From an uncultured Acidobacteriota bacterium (lineage in GTDB: Bacteria; Acidobacteriota; Thermoanaerobaculia; Multivoradales; UBA5704): a DNA stretch of 64,000 nt. Numbering within the stretch: the first letter of the stretch is position 1; the number at the start of each line of letters is the position of its first letter. The DNA lies in NCBI GenBank assembly GCA_963770895.1, contig CAVYRF010000001.1:384001-448000 (forward strand). The letters are read 5' to 3'. The position numbers and the translations under genes are program-made. The notes under the pieces are model-generated. The model saw only the letters and a list, made by a program, of their open reading frames with translations, ran no database searches and was not told where the DNA came from. Of the stretch, positions 36,171-44,909 are shown one piece after another.

Positions 36171-38048
36171 TCAGCTACAGGGCAACGCCGCTGTGTCCTG
36201 CACCGGTGCCGCGGCGGTGCCGTCCGTGTTGGCGTAGGACTTGTGAGCGCCGGTCTGCAGGTCGGTCACCACGGCGGTGAAGCCGACGTTGGTGCCGGCG
36301 GCGTAGAACAGCCAGTATTTCTGGTTGACGCTGCAGCCGTCGATGACCTTGATCAGCATCTCCGGGTTGTCGGCGCTGAAGAACCAGAAGAGACCGCCCT
36401 GCGCAACGCCCAGGCTGTTGAGGGCGATCGCGTGGCCGTTGCCCGCGCTGCCGCCGCCCTCCGCGGTCTTGTAGCTGGCCGTGATCTGAAAACGGCCATT
36501 GATGCACAGAGTGGTGCCGTTGGCGGTACAGGTGGCGGCCTCGGGCAAGGCATCGATCGCGGTCGGCGGGGGGCTCTGCTCGGCGCTCGCGGGGCGCCGG
36601 TCGCCCGCTTCGAGGTGGGCGCTGGTCGCCGCGGCGACGTCGCCAGCGGCGGCGTCTGGAGCAGCGGGCGCGGCGTCTCCCTGGGCGTCGCACGTGAAGG
36701 CGGCGGTGTCCTGTTGCGGCGGCGCGGCGGTCTCGTCGGTGTTCTGGTAGGTCTTGGTGCGAGGAGTCTTGGTGTCCTTGACGCTGACGGTGAAGCCGAC
36801 GTTGGTGGTCGCCGAGTAGAACAGCCAGAAATGTTGGTTGACCGAGCAGCCGTTGATGACCTTGATCAGCATCTCCGGGTTGTCGGCGTCAAAGAACCAG
36901 AACAGGCCACCTTCGGTGACGCCCAGGCTGGCGAGCGGGATCGCCTGGCCGTTGCCGGCGAGCCCGCCGCTCTGCGCCGTCTTGTAGGCGACGCCGATCT
37001 GCCAGCGCTTGTCGCCCGGCTTGTCGTCGATGCACAGGGTTGTCGCCGTCGCCACGCAAGCCGCGTTGTGGGGCAGTTCCACACGGCCCACCTTGTTGCC
37101 GCTCACCTCGGTGAACCACATGTTGCCGTCGGGCCCGGCGGTGATGCCGCCCGGACTGGAGTGCGCCGTGGGCACCGGATACTCCGTGACCTTGCCGGCG
37201 GTGGTCACCATGCCGATCTGATTGGCCTCGAACTCGGTGAACCAGAGGTTGCCATCGGGTCCGGCGGTGATGAAAACGCTACCCGCCGTCGAGGTCGGCA
37301 GCGGAAACTCGGTGATCACGCCCGCCGGGGTGATGCGCCCTAGGTTGTTGCCGGAGAGCTCGGTGAACCAGACATTGCCGTCGGGGCCGAGGGTGATCCC
37401 GGTTGGCGCGGGTTGGGCGCCGGCGTCGGGTAGCGCGAACTCGTGGAAGACGCCGGCCGTCGTGAGCCGCCCGACCTTGCCGGTGTTCTGCTCGGTGAAC
37501 CAGAGGTTGCCGTCGGCTCCCACCGTGATGCCGGCGGGTCCGGCGCCGCCGGTCGGCACGGCGAACTCCTTGCACGCGCCGGCGGTCGTGATGCGTCCGA
37601 TCTTGCTACCGTTGAGCTCGGTGAACCAGAGGTTGCCGTCGGGGCCGGCCACGATGTCCGCCGGTCCGGCCTGAGAGGTGGGTACGTCGAAGAGCGTCAC
37701 GGCGCCGGCGGTCGTGATGCGTCCGATCTGATTGCCTTCGTAGGCCGCGAACCACAGATTGCCGTCGGGCCCCGCCGTGATGCCGCCCGAAACCGGGCTC
37801 GACAGCGCGCTCGCGACCGGAAACTGATTGACCACCGTGCCGGCGGTGGTGATGCGGCCGACGGCGTTGCCCTCGAGCTCGGTGAACCAGAGGTCGCCGT
37901 CCGGACCGGCGGCGATGCCGGCCGGCGACACGCCGCTCGTCGGTACCGGAAACTCGTTGATCGTGATGGCGCCGGCGGGCGCCGCCGCGAGGGTCGCCAG
38001 GATGACTGCGAACACCGCCGCACGGATGTCGTCGCTGAAGGTTGCCAT
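36171..38048 (-). CDS. Secreted Vgb (virginiamycin B lyase)-like beta-propeller with two tandem lineage-type C-terminal domains
   Basis: Signal peptide; 7 repeats of GITAGPDGNLWFTE..GNxIGRIT; 2x TLCI...GLFWFF.ADNPEMLIKVI.GCSVNQ..WLFY. Confidence 0.88.
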   Translation of the reverse strand: MATFSDDIRAAVFAVILATLAAAPAGAITINEFPVPTSGVSPAGIAAGPDGDLWFTELEGNAVGRITTAGTVVNQFPVASALSSPVSGGITAGPDGNLWFAAYEGNQIGRITTAGAVTLFDVPTSQAGPADIVAGPDGNLWFTELNGSKIGRITTAGACKEFAVPTGGAGPAGITVGADGNLWFTEQNTGKVGRLTTAGVFHEFALPDAGAQPAPTGITLGPDGNVWFTELSGNNLGRITPAGVITEFPLPTSTAGSVFITAGPDGNLWFTEFEANQIGMVTTAGKVTEYPVPTAHSSPGGITAGPDGNMWFTEVSGNKVGRVELPHNAACVATATTLCIDDKPGDKRWQIGVAYKTAQSGGLAGNGQAIPLASLGVTEGGLFWFFDADNPEMLIKVINGCSVNQHFWLFYSATTNVGFTVSVKDTKTPRTKTYQNTDETAAPPQQDTAAFTCDAQGDAAPAAPDAAAGDVAAATSAHLEAGDRRPASAEQSPPPTAIDALPEAATCTANGTTLCINGRFQITASYKTAEGGGSAGNGHAIALNSLGVAQGGLFWFFSADNPEMLIKVIDGCSVNQKYWLFYAAGTNVGFTAVVTDLQTGAHKSYANTDGTAAAPVQDTAALPCS

Positions 38049-38319
38049 AGCGCTCGTCTCCAAGGTCCTCGTGGAGGGGAATACCTGGTTGGCGACCTCG
38101 AGAGTTCGCCGCGGTTGACGCGAAGCAACGTCAAGGTAACACACGGTGCCCGGCCCGGCGTGGCGAGGCAAAGGGTGCGCCTGCCGGCTGCGGTGATGGC
38201 GGCGAGCTGGCCGGTTTTGAAGCGGCTTCAGGACCGGAGGCTCCGCCAGCAGACGCTGCCCGCCAGCTGGTGGCCAGGTGGGCGTCGGGATCGGTGGGCT
38301 CTCGGCCTACGCTTGCGCT

Positions 38320-41300
38320 TCAGGGGCTCGCGCCGGCAGCTGGCGCCGGCGCCTGGGCCGCCTGGGCCGCGGAGATCTTGATGGTGGAGAAGGGCGAGAG
38401 GGTGAGCGTGCCGGGGTCGGCGAAGAACCAGCGCACCACCTGGCCGGCGAGGTTCGACATGCCGGCCGGGCGCGCGGCGCTGGCACGCAGGCGGGCCAGG
38501 CGCTCGACGGGATGGTCGACCGGCACGGCGTTGCCGGCGTCGTCGACGGCGAAGCCGCCGACCGCCTCGGCGAGGTCGGCGAGCGCGGTGCTGTCGGCGG
38601 AGGAGGTCTCGGGCTGGTCCCAGACGCGCACGGTGCCGTCGTTGTCGACGGTCATGACGCGCGAGCCGTCGGGGCTGAAGGTGGCTCTGGTCACCCAGCC
38701 CTGGGGGGGCGCGTGCCAGAGCGGTTCGGCGAGCTGGTGGCAGGAATCGACGTCCCAGACCTGGGCGAAGCCGTCGGCCGAGCGGGCGAGGAATCGCTGG
38801 CCGTCGGCGCTGAGCTCGGCGACGAAAGGGGTTTCGGCGACCGGGGGATAGACCTGGGAGGCGAGTTGAATGCGGCAGAGGAGCCGCCCGTTCGCGATCT
38901 CCCGCACCTCGACCTCGCCACGCCCGAGCGTGGCGATCATTCGCGTCGCGTCCTGGCTGAAGCTCAGGGTCTGGAACCCGCTGTCGAACGGCACGGAGCT
39001 GCCCGTCGGCTTGCCGCTTGGCGCGAAGAACCTGAGCACATGGTCGGCAGCGAGGATGGCGATGAGCCTGGCATGGGGGCTCCAGAGTCCCACGATTGGG
39101 TTCGCCAGCTCGACGTGGCCGACCATGCGGCCCGTTTGCGTTGCCCACACCTGGAGTCCGGACTTCGCCCAGGTGAGGACAAAGCGGCCCTCGTCGTCGA
39201 TCTCGGGTCTTTTGTCGTCAAGTTGGCGTGTCGCCGGGATCTCTTTGCCGCTGCGCGCATCCCAGCTTTGGATCTGCCAACCGACCGCCCACCAGGGCCC
39301 CAGCGCCAGGAGCCGCTCGCCGTCCGCGCTCACCTGAGCCGAGGACAGCTCTCGCACCTGAGGCACCTTGATCACCGCGCTGAGGCTGCGACCCGTCCTG
39401 GCATCCCAGGCCTGCAGGGTGTTCCGCTGCGGGTCGGCCGCGACCACGGCCAGCCGTCCATCCGCCAGCAGGTTGGCCGACAGCACCGGCAGCCCGCCAG
39501 GAGACACGACGCTGCTTTCCCCGGTCGCGAGGTCCCAGAGCCGCACGGTTCCATCCTGGGTGACGGCGATCGCCTCGGCGCCCCGGCTGCCGAACAGGGC
39601 GTAGCGGACCGGCTGCGCCAGGAGCTGCGGGCGGGCGTATCGGTCGGGGCGCATGTCCCAGATCTCGGCCGTTCCGTCATCCGCGGCGCTCACCGCCTTG
39701 CGTCCGTCGCGGCTCCAGCCGACGACGTTGACGGGACCCTTGTGCCGCAGGGCTTGCATCGCAGTTTCGCCGGTGCGGGCATCCCACAGCCACGCGGCGG
39801 AGTCGCGCGAGCCGGTCAGCACCCATCGGCCGTCCGGGCTGAAGTGCGCCGTGGACACCAGCCTGTCGTGCGGGATCGGCCGCGGCGGCGACCCGGGGGC
39901 GTCGAGGTTCCACAAACGCACGACGCGGTCGGCGCAGACGGTGAGCAGCGTGTGGTCGTCGGGACTGAACTCGGCCCAGGTGACAGGCGCCTTGTGATCG
40001 TGAGTGGAAACCACTCGCAGCGTCGTGAGGTCCGCGATCCGCACCGTACCCTGGGCGCCGACGGTGAGCAGGCGGTCGCCCCGGTGGTTGAAGGCCACCA
40101 GGGTCGCATCCTTGCCGAGAGACGAGAGCTCCCCCCGGGCGGCGCCGGCGCGCCGATCGAACAGGAGCGGTGCTTCGGCGGTCGGCAGGACGACGAGCAG
40201 CGGGGGCTCGCCGATCACGGTATTGCCGGTGGCGGCGAACCGCTTGCCGTCCGGGCTCAAGGCCGCAACATGGTAGGGAGGGGTCAGACGCTCCTGGGTT
40301 CGAGCATCCCATAGCGTGGTGCCTTCGTACGAGCTGATCATGAGCCGGTCGCCGCGCGAGCTCCACGCCACGCCGTCCACGGGAGGGTAGACCTTCATCT
40401 CGCGACCGAGGGGGGCGCCGCTCCTGCCGTCCCAGATCCGTGCCACGCCATCCTGGCAGCCGGTGAGCACCCGGTCGCCGTCGGGGCTGAACGCGGCCGA
40501 GGTCGCCGCGCCGCCATGGCGCATCACGGCCAGGGGGGCGCCGTCGCGCACCCGCCAGAGTCGCGCGGTGCCGTCAAGCGAGGCCGTCAGCAGGCGCTCC
40601 CCGTCCGGGCTGAGCTCGGCGGCGGTGACCGCCCGGTCGTGCCGCACCCTCAGCACCGGCAGCGGCCAGCTCTCGTGCAGCAGGATGCCGAGGGCGCGGT
40701 GGCGGGCGTCGTCGCTGTCCTCTGGGCGCGACCTCATGATCGAGGCGAGGTAGGCCAGAGCCTGCGCGGCGCGGCCTTTTTCGATCAGGTTTCCCGCCGA
40801 ATCGAAGAGCGCCCGCTCGGCGCGCCGCTGGGCGCTATCCGCGGCTTTCTCAGCCGCCTGGCTGTGCCGCCACAGGACGGCGGCGGCGATCGCCAAAACG
40901 ACGGTGGCGACCAGCACCCAGCCGAGCACCAGCGCCAGCTTGCGGCTGCGCGCGAGCAGGCGGCGCGTCTCGCGCTCGCGCTCGCCGGCCTGCTGCGCCA
41001 GGCGGTCGGCCTCGCGCGCGTCTTCTTCCGCCTGGCGGCGGGCCTCGCGCTGGCGGCGCAGCTCGCGGCTCTCGCCGATGACCTCGGTCAGCACGTCGTG
41101 GGTGAGCTCGACCCAGTCGACGCCGTGGCGCTCCTCGATGCGCAGCAGGCGCCGGTCGCGCAGGGTGAGCAGGGCGGCGGCCGTGACGCCCGGCACGGCG
41201 ACGGCGTTGTCCCACGCGACGCTGTCGCGGTAGCCGGAGCGGGTGAGCAGACGGTCCTCGATGAAGGTGCGCATCTCGGGGGTGAGCCCGGCCAGGCTGG

Positions 41301-42429
41301 CCTCGTAGAAGCGCGTCAGGATCTCCTTCCACGAACCGGAGAGCAGGTCGAAGGTGATGGTGGCCTCGCCGCGGTCCCGCCGCCGGTTGTTGAGCTCGCG
41401 GCAGACCAGGCTGAGCAGGGTGGGGTCGACCGTGAGCTCGGCGAGCGGCGGCGGGCCGTCCGCGCCGGCCTGCCGCCCGGCAAGGCCCTGGCGTTCCGCC
41501 GCCGCGCCACCGGCGCCGGCCGTCTCCTCATGCTCCGCCGCCGCGGCGCCCGCCCCGTCCGCACCGCCCGCCTGGGCCCGGCCGGCGCCCGAGACGAAGC
41601 GCACGACCTTCTCCGCCACCTCCGGCGCGATGAGGTGGCCGCCGGCGCAGGTCACGACGCGCAGCGCCGCTTCGCCGGTCATGTGCCGCAGCGCCAGCCG
41701 GCTGGCTCCGAGCGAGCGCATGCGGGCGCGCAGGGTGTCGAGGTCGGCCAGGAAGTCCTGGCGCAGGCAGACCAGGATCTTGTAGTCGTGCCGTTCGGGC
41801 GAGAAGTCCGCGGCGAGCGCCGGCGCGGCGTCGAGGCGCGCCTTGACCGCCGCGGGCGGGCGGCCCTCGACCAGGTCGGCGAGCTCGGCGAGGAACGCCT
41901 CGCGGCCGGGGTCCTTTCTGCCCAGGGTGAAGATCTCCTCGAACTGGTCGAAGACCAGCAGCGGCACGACGATGCGGTTGGCCGCGCTCCAGAAGTTGGC
42001 GCCCGCGCGGTGGAGCGACTCCCAGAGGGTCTCGCCGGGCGGCAACGGCGGCGCCTCGACCCGCGCGTCCGCCGCCGCGGCAAGGATCGCGTCCCGCACC
42101 TGGTCGACCAGCCCCCGCTCGGCGGGGCCGCGCTCGCCCGCCCAGGCCAGCCGGATGGCGACCGGCAGCACCTCCTGCCGGCGCAGCCGCGGGAAGAGGC
42201 CGGCCTGGAGGAGCGAGGTCTTGCCCAGCCCGGAACGGCCGTAGACCACGGTGGCACGGGTCGATTCCCGCATCACCGTGCGGCGCAGCTCCTCGATCTC
42301 GTCTTCGCGGCCGAAGAAGAAGGCCTGGTCCTGCTCGCGGAACGACGGCAGCCCCGGCCAGGGATTGTCGCGATCGACCTGCCCGCCCTGGGCGGCAAGG
42401 GACGCCGGCGCCGGCGCGGCCTCCGTCAC
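38320..42429 (-). CDS. nSTAND1-like NTPase, TM helix, WD40-repeat protein
   Basis: NPWPGL.SF...FFGRE, Walker A GRSGLGKTS, Walker B LVFDQFEE, ELTHD, one TM, many FSPDG...TAS.DGT.R.W repeats; GTG overlaps the TIR stop. Confidence 0.9.
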   Translation of the reverse strand: MTEAAPAPASLAAQGGQVDRDNPWPGLPSFREQDQAFFFGREDEIEELRRTVMRESTRATVVYGRSGLGKTSLLQAGLFPRLRRQEVLPVAIRLAWAGERGPAERGLVDQVRDAILAAAADARVEAPPLPPGETLWESLHRAGANFWSAANRIVVPLLVFDQFEEIFTLGRKDPGREAFLAELADLVEGRPPAAVKARLDAAPALAADFSPERHDYKILVCLRQDFLADLDTLRARMRSLGASRLALRHMTGEAALRVVTCAGGHLIAPEVAEKVVRFVSGAGRAQAGGADGAGAAAAEHEETAGAGGAAAERQGLAGRQAGADGPPPLAELTVDPTLLSLVCRELNNRRRDRGEATITFDLLSGSWKEILTRFYEASLAGLTPEMRTFIEDRLLTRSGYRDSVAWDNAVAVPGVTAAALLTLRDRRLLRIEERHGVDWVELTHDVLTEVIGESRELRRQREARRQAEEDAREADRLAQQAGERERETRRLLARSRKLALVLGWVLVATVVLAIAAAVLWRHSQAAEKAADSAQRRAERALFDSAGNLIEKGRAAQALAYLASIMRSRPEDSDDARHRALGILLHESWPLPVLRVRHDRAVTAAELSPDGERLLTASLDGTARLWRVRDGAPLAVMRHGGAATSAAFSPDGDRVLTGCQDGVARIWDGRSGAPLGREMKVYPPVDGVAWSSRGDRLMISSYEGTTLWDARTQERLTPPYHVAALSPDGKRFAATGNTVIGEPPLLVVLPTAEAPLLFDRRAGAARGELSSLGKDATLVAFNHRGDRLLTVGAQGTVRIADLTTLRVVSTHDHKAPVTWAEFSPDDHTLLTVCADRVVRLWNLDAPGSPPRPIPHDRLVSTAHFSPDGRWVLTGSRDSAAWLWDARTGETAMQALRHKGPVNVVGWSRDGRKAVSAADDGTAEIWDMRPDRYARPQLLAQPVRYALFGSRGAEAIAVTQDGTVRLWDLATGESSVVSPGGLPVLSANLLADGRLAVVAADPQRNTLQAWDARTGRSLSAVIKVPQVRELSSAQVSADGERLLALGPWWAVGWQIQSWDARSGKEIPATRQLDDKRPEIDDEGRFVLTWAKSGLQVWATQTGRMVGHVELANPIVGLWSPHARLIAILAADHVLRFFAPSGKPTGSSVPFDSGFQTLSFSQDATRMIATLGRGEVEVREIANGRLLCRIQLASQVYPPVAETPFVAELSADGQRFLARSADGFAQVWDVDSCHQLAEPLWHAPPQGWVTRATFSPDGSRVMTVDNDGTVRVWDQPETSSADSTALADLAEAVGGFAVDDAGNAVPVDHPVERLARLRASAARPAGMSNLAGQVVRWFFADPGTLTLSPFSTIKISAAQAAQAPAPAAGASP

Positions 42430-43823
42430 GCCGAGGCGCCCTTCCTCTCCTGCTGCTGGTACTTCCGGTAGAGATCCCGCAGCCGCTCGACGAAGGATGG
42501 GTCGGCCTGCCCGGCAGGCAGGCGCGTCCAGTGGAGGGCGCGGAACAGCTCGGGCAGCGCCGCCTCGCTCGCCGAGACGTCGTCGACCGCCACCGGCAGG
42601 ATGAACGGCCGGTTGGGCGGGAAGAGCGGCGCCAGGTCGACCGCCTCGTTCCATTCGCGGCGGAAGAAGCGCGGGGCGTCGGTCAGGGTGTGGCGCGAGA
42701 GGACCGGCACGAACAGGCTGGAACCCTGGATGGCGCGCCGGATCTTGAGGCGGTAGTCGTCGCCCCCTTCGAGCGCCTGCTTGTCGAACCAGACGTCCAG
42801 GTTGCGGGACGCGAGGGCGTCGTGGATGGCGCGCGCCGCCTCCAGGTCCTCGCTCGCATAGGAGAGGAAGATGGCGCCGGGCTGCATCTCGGCGCGGCCC
42901 GGGCGCGGCGCCCCGGCGGCGGGGTCGCCGGCGGCGGAGGCGCCGGGCGCGGGCGCGGGATGCGCTTCGCCCCAGCGCCGCGCCAGCTCTTCGACGAACA
43001 GCGCGGCGCCGCCGGGGAAGACCTGGATGCCGGGACCGAAGTGGTGCAGGAAGAGCGCCAGGCCTTCTTCGCCGACTCCCGCTCGGTCGGCGAACACGTC
43101 GGTCTTGCCGCGCCGCGCCGACAGGCGCGCGCCGGTCCCGATGCGCAGGAAAAAGCGCGTCAGCCAGTCGGGGAAGTTGGTGCCGAGCACCAGCAGCGGC
43201 CGCTCGGCCAGCTCGTCGAGGACGCGCGGCCGCGTGTCCTCGGTCTGCAGGGAGTGGACGAACTCCAGCCGGTCCTCCTCGGTCAGCGCATATTCGCTCG
43301 ACAGCGCCGAGAGCTTGCCGAAAAGATGAAGGACGGCGGCGTCGCGCTCGCCGATGTCGCCGGGATCCACCGCCCCCGGAGAATACGAGAAGACCTCGGT
43401 GCGCGGCTCGCCGTCGAACCGCACCTGGTCGAGCGCCGCCTTGAGCAGCGAATCGAAGGTGGTCGAGATGAACAGCCGCAGCCGGGGAATGCCGGCGAGC
43501 AGCAGCAGCGGGCGCGGCAGCGGCAGCTCCTGCGGCGGGGGCATCGCCGACTTGAGCGCGGAGTAGAGGTACTGGACGTTGCCGCCGCGCGCCAGAAACC
43601 GGTAGGCCACCGCGTCGAGCTCGGCGCCGGCCGGATAGGCGTCGACCTCGACCTTGAGCCGCGCCGCCAGGCGCTCGGCGAGCAGCCGGTTGAGCGGCAC
43701 GTCACCGCCCGCTAGCGGCAGCGTGAGCAGGCCCTGGCCGACCACGGTCACCACGCGCCCCTCTTCGATGTACTCCAGGAGCTGTTCCCAGAAGAGCTCG
43801 AGGTCCGCCGCGGAAGCGCTCAT
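42426..43823 (-). CDS. SIR2-like (SIR2_2) plus C-terminal TIR domain protein
   Basis: GRVVTVVGQG, FISTTFD, LHLFG, LLVLG.NF.DWL; TIR: IFLSYASED, VWFDK..LEGGDD, FFRREW, FILPV. Confidence 0.88.
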   Translation of the reverse strand: MSASAADLELFWEQLLEYIEEGRVVTVVGQGLLTLPLAGGDVPLNRLLAERLAARLKVEVDAYPAGAELDAVAYRFLARGGNVQYLYSALKSAMPPPQELPLPRPLLLLAGIPRLRLFISTTFDSLLKAALDQVRFDGEPRTEVFSYSPGAVDPGDIGERDAAVLHLFGKLSALSSEYALTEEDRLEFVHSLQTEDTRPRVLDELAERPLLVLGTNFPDWLTRFFLRIGTGARLSARRGKTDVFADRAGVGEEGLALFLHHFGPGIQVFPGGAALFVEELARRWGEAHPAPAPGASAAGDPAAGAPRPGRAEMQPGAIFLSYASEDLEAARAIHDALASRNLDVWFDKQALEGGDDYRLKIRRAIQGSSLFVPVLSRHTLTDAPRFFRREWNEAVDLAPLFPPNRPFILPVAVDDVSASEAALPELFRALHWTRLPAGQADPSFVERLRDLYRKYQQQERKGASA

Positions 43824-43836
43824 GGAGTGTGCGACA

Positions 43837-43865
43837 AAAATATGCCGGGCGCGGCGTTCCGTCAA
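43837..43865 (-). promoter_or_regulatory. Sigma70 promoter for the TIR-STAND operon
   Basis: TTGACG-N17-TATTTT, 13 nt upstream of the ATG; a plus-strand TATGCT near 43880 may serve the divergent operon. Confidence 0.55.
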
Positions 43866-43935
43866 TCCAGGGCACGCGCTATGCTGCCCGCCATCCGTCC
43901 AACCCGTTTCCTCGACCTGACCTGCAGGAGGGAGC

Positions 43936-44898
43936 ATGCCGCACGTCACTTTCGTCCATGGCATCGCCAACAAGCCGCCCGCCGACCAGCTGCTCGACGT
44001 CTGGCGCCGCGGCCTCGCCGCGAGCGACGGCATCGACCTGGGCGCCCAGGGGTTCACCTCCTCGATGGTGTATTGGGCCGACGTGATGTACGCCAGCCCG
44101 CTCGCCGAGGCCGCGGTCGAGCGCGCCACCAACGAGGCCGCGAGCGAGGCGCTGGAGCCCGAGCCGGTGGATCTCGGCCTCGACGAGATGGACGCCGGGG
44201 AACGGTCCTGGGTCGCCGGGCTCGCCGCCAAGCTGGCCGTGCCGCTCGCCGTCGACGACGTGGTGGCCGCCGCCGCCCCGGGGCCGCTGCGCGACACCCT
44301 GGAGCGCATCCCGCTGCCGTGGCCGATCAAGGAGCGCATCATGAAAAGGTTCCTGCGCGACGTCCACCACTACCTCTTCGACGTCGACTACAGCCCGCGG
44401 CCGGGGGACACCTACCGGGTGCAGGAGGTGATCCGCGGGCGCATGATCGCGGCGCTGGCGGAGGGCGCCTCGCAACCGCCGCCGCATGTCGTGGTCAGCC
44501 ACAGCATGGGGACGGTGATCGCCTACGACTGCCTGATGCGGGTCGCCGCCGCCCCGGCCGTCGACGGCCTGATGACCCTCGGCAGCCCGCTCGGTCTCGA
44601 CGAGATCCAGGACAAGCTGAAGCCCGAATGGAGCCGCGACGACGGCTTTCCGCTCGCCAAGCTGCGCGGCCGCTGGGTCAACGTCTTCGACCGCCTCGAC
44701 CCGGTGGCCGGTTTCGATCCCGAGATCGCCAACGACTATCGCCGGGCGGGCCGCGCGGCGGTGGAAGACCTCAACGAGCAGAACCACGGCGCCTGGCGGC
44801 ACGACGTCAGCAAGTACCTGGCGGGGCCCGGGCTGCGCGGCAAGCTGGGCGAGCTGCTCGGGCTCACCGGTGCCGCGGCATCCGCGGCGGAAAGCTGA
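43936..44898 (+). CDS. Alpha/beta hydrolase fold protein
   Basis: FVHGI, VVSHSMG nucleophile elbow, TLGSPLG, WVNVFDRLDPV, late His (WRHDVSKYL); AGGAGG RBS. Confidence 0.88.
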   Translation: MPHVTFVHGIANKPPADQLLDVWRRGLAASDGIDLGAQGFTSSMVYWADVMYASPLAEAAVERATNEAASEALEPEPVDLGLDEMDAGERSWVAGLAAKLAVPLAVDDVVAAAAPGPLRDTLERIPLPWPIKERIMKRFLRDVHHYLFDVDYSPRPGDTYRVQEVIRGRMIAALAEGASQPPPHVVVSHSMGTVIAYDCLMRVAAAPAVDGLMTLGSPLGLDEIQDKLKPEWSRDDGFPLAKLRGRWVNVFDRLDPVAGFDPEIANDYRRAGRAAVEDLNEQNHGAWRHDVSKYLAGPGLRGKLGELLGLTGAAASAAES

Positions 44899-44909
44899 GG
44901 CGCGGCGCC

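Noticed and set aside
36171-38048. Streptogramin resistance gene vgb
   Set aside because: The signal peptide and surface-type C-terminal domains indicate a generic secreted propeller; the fold alone does not imply resistance
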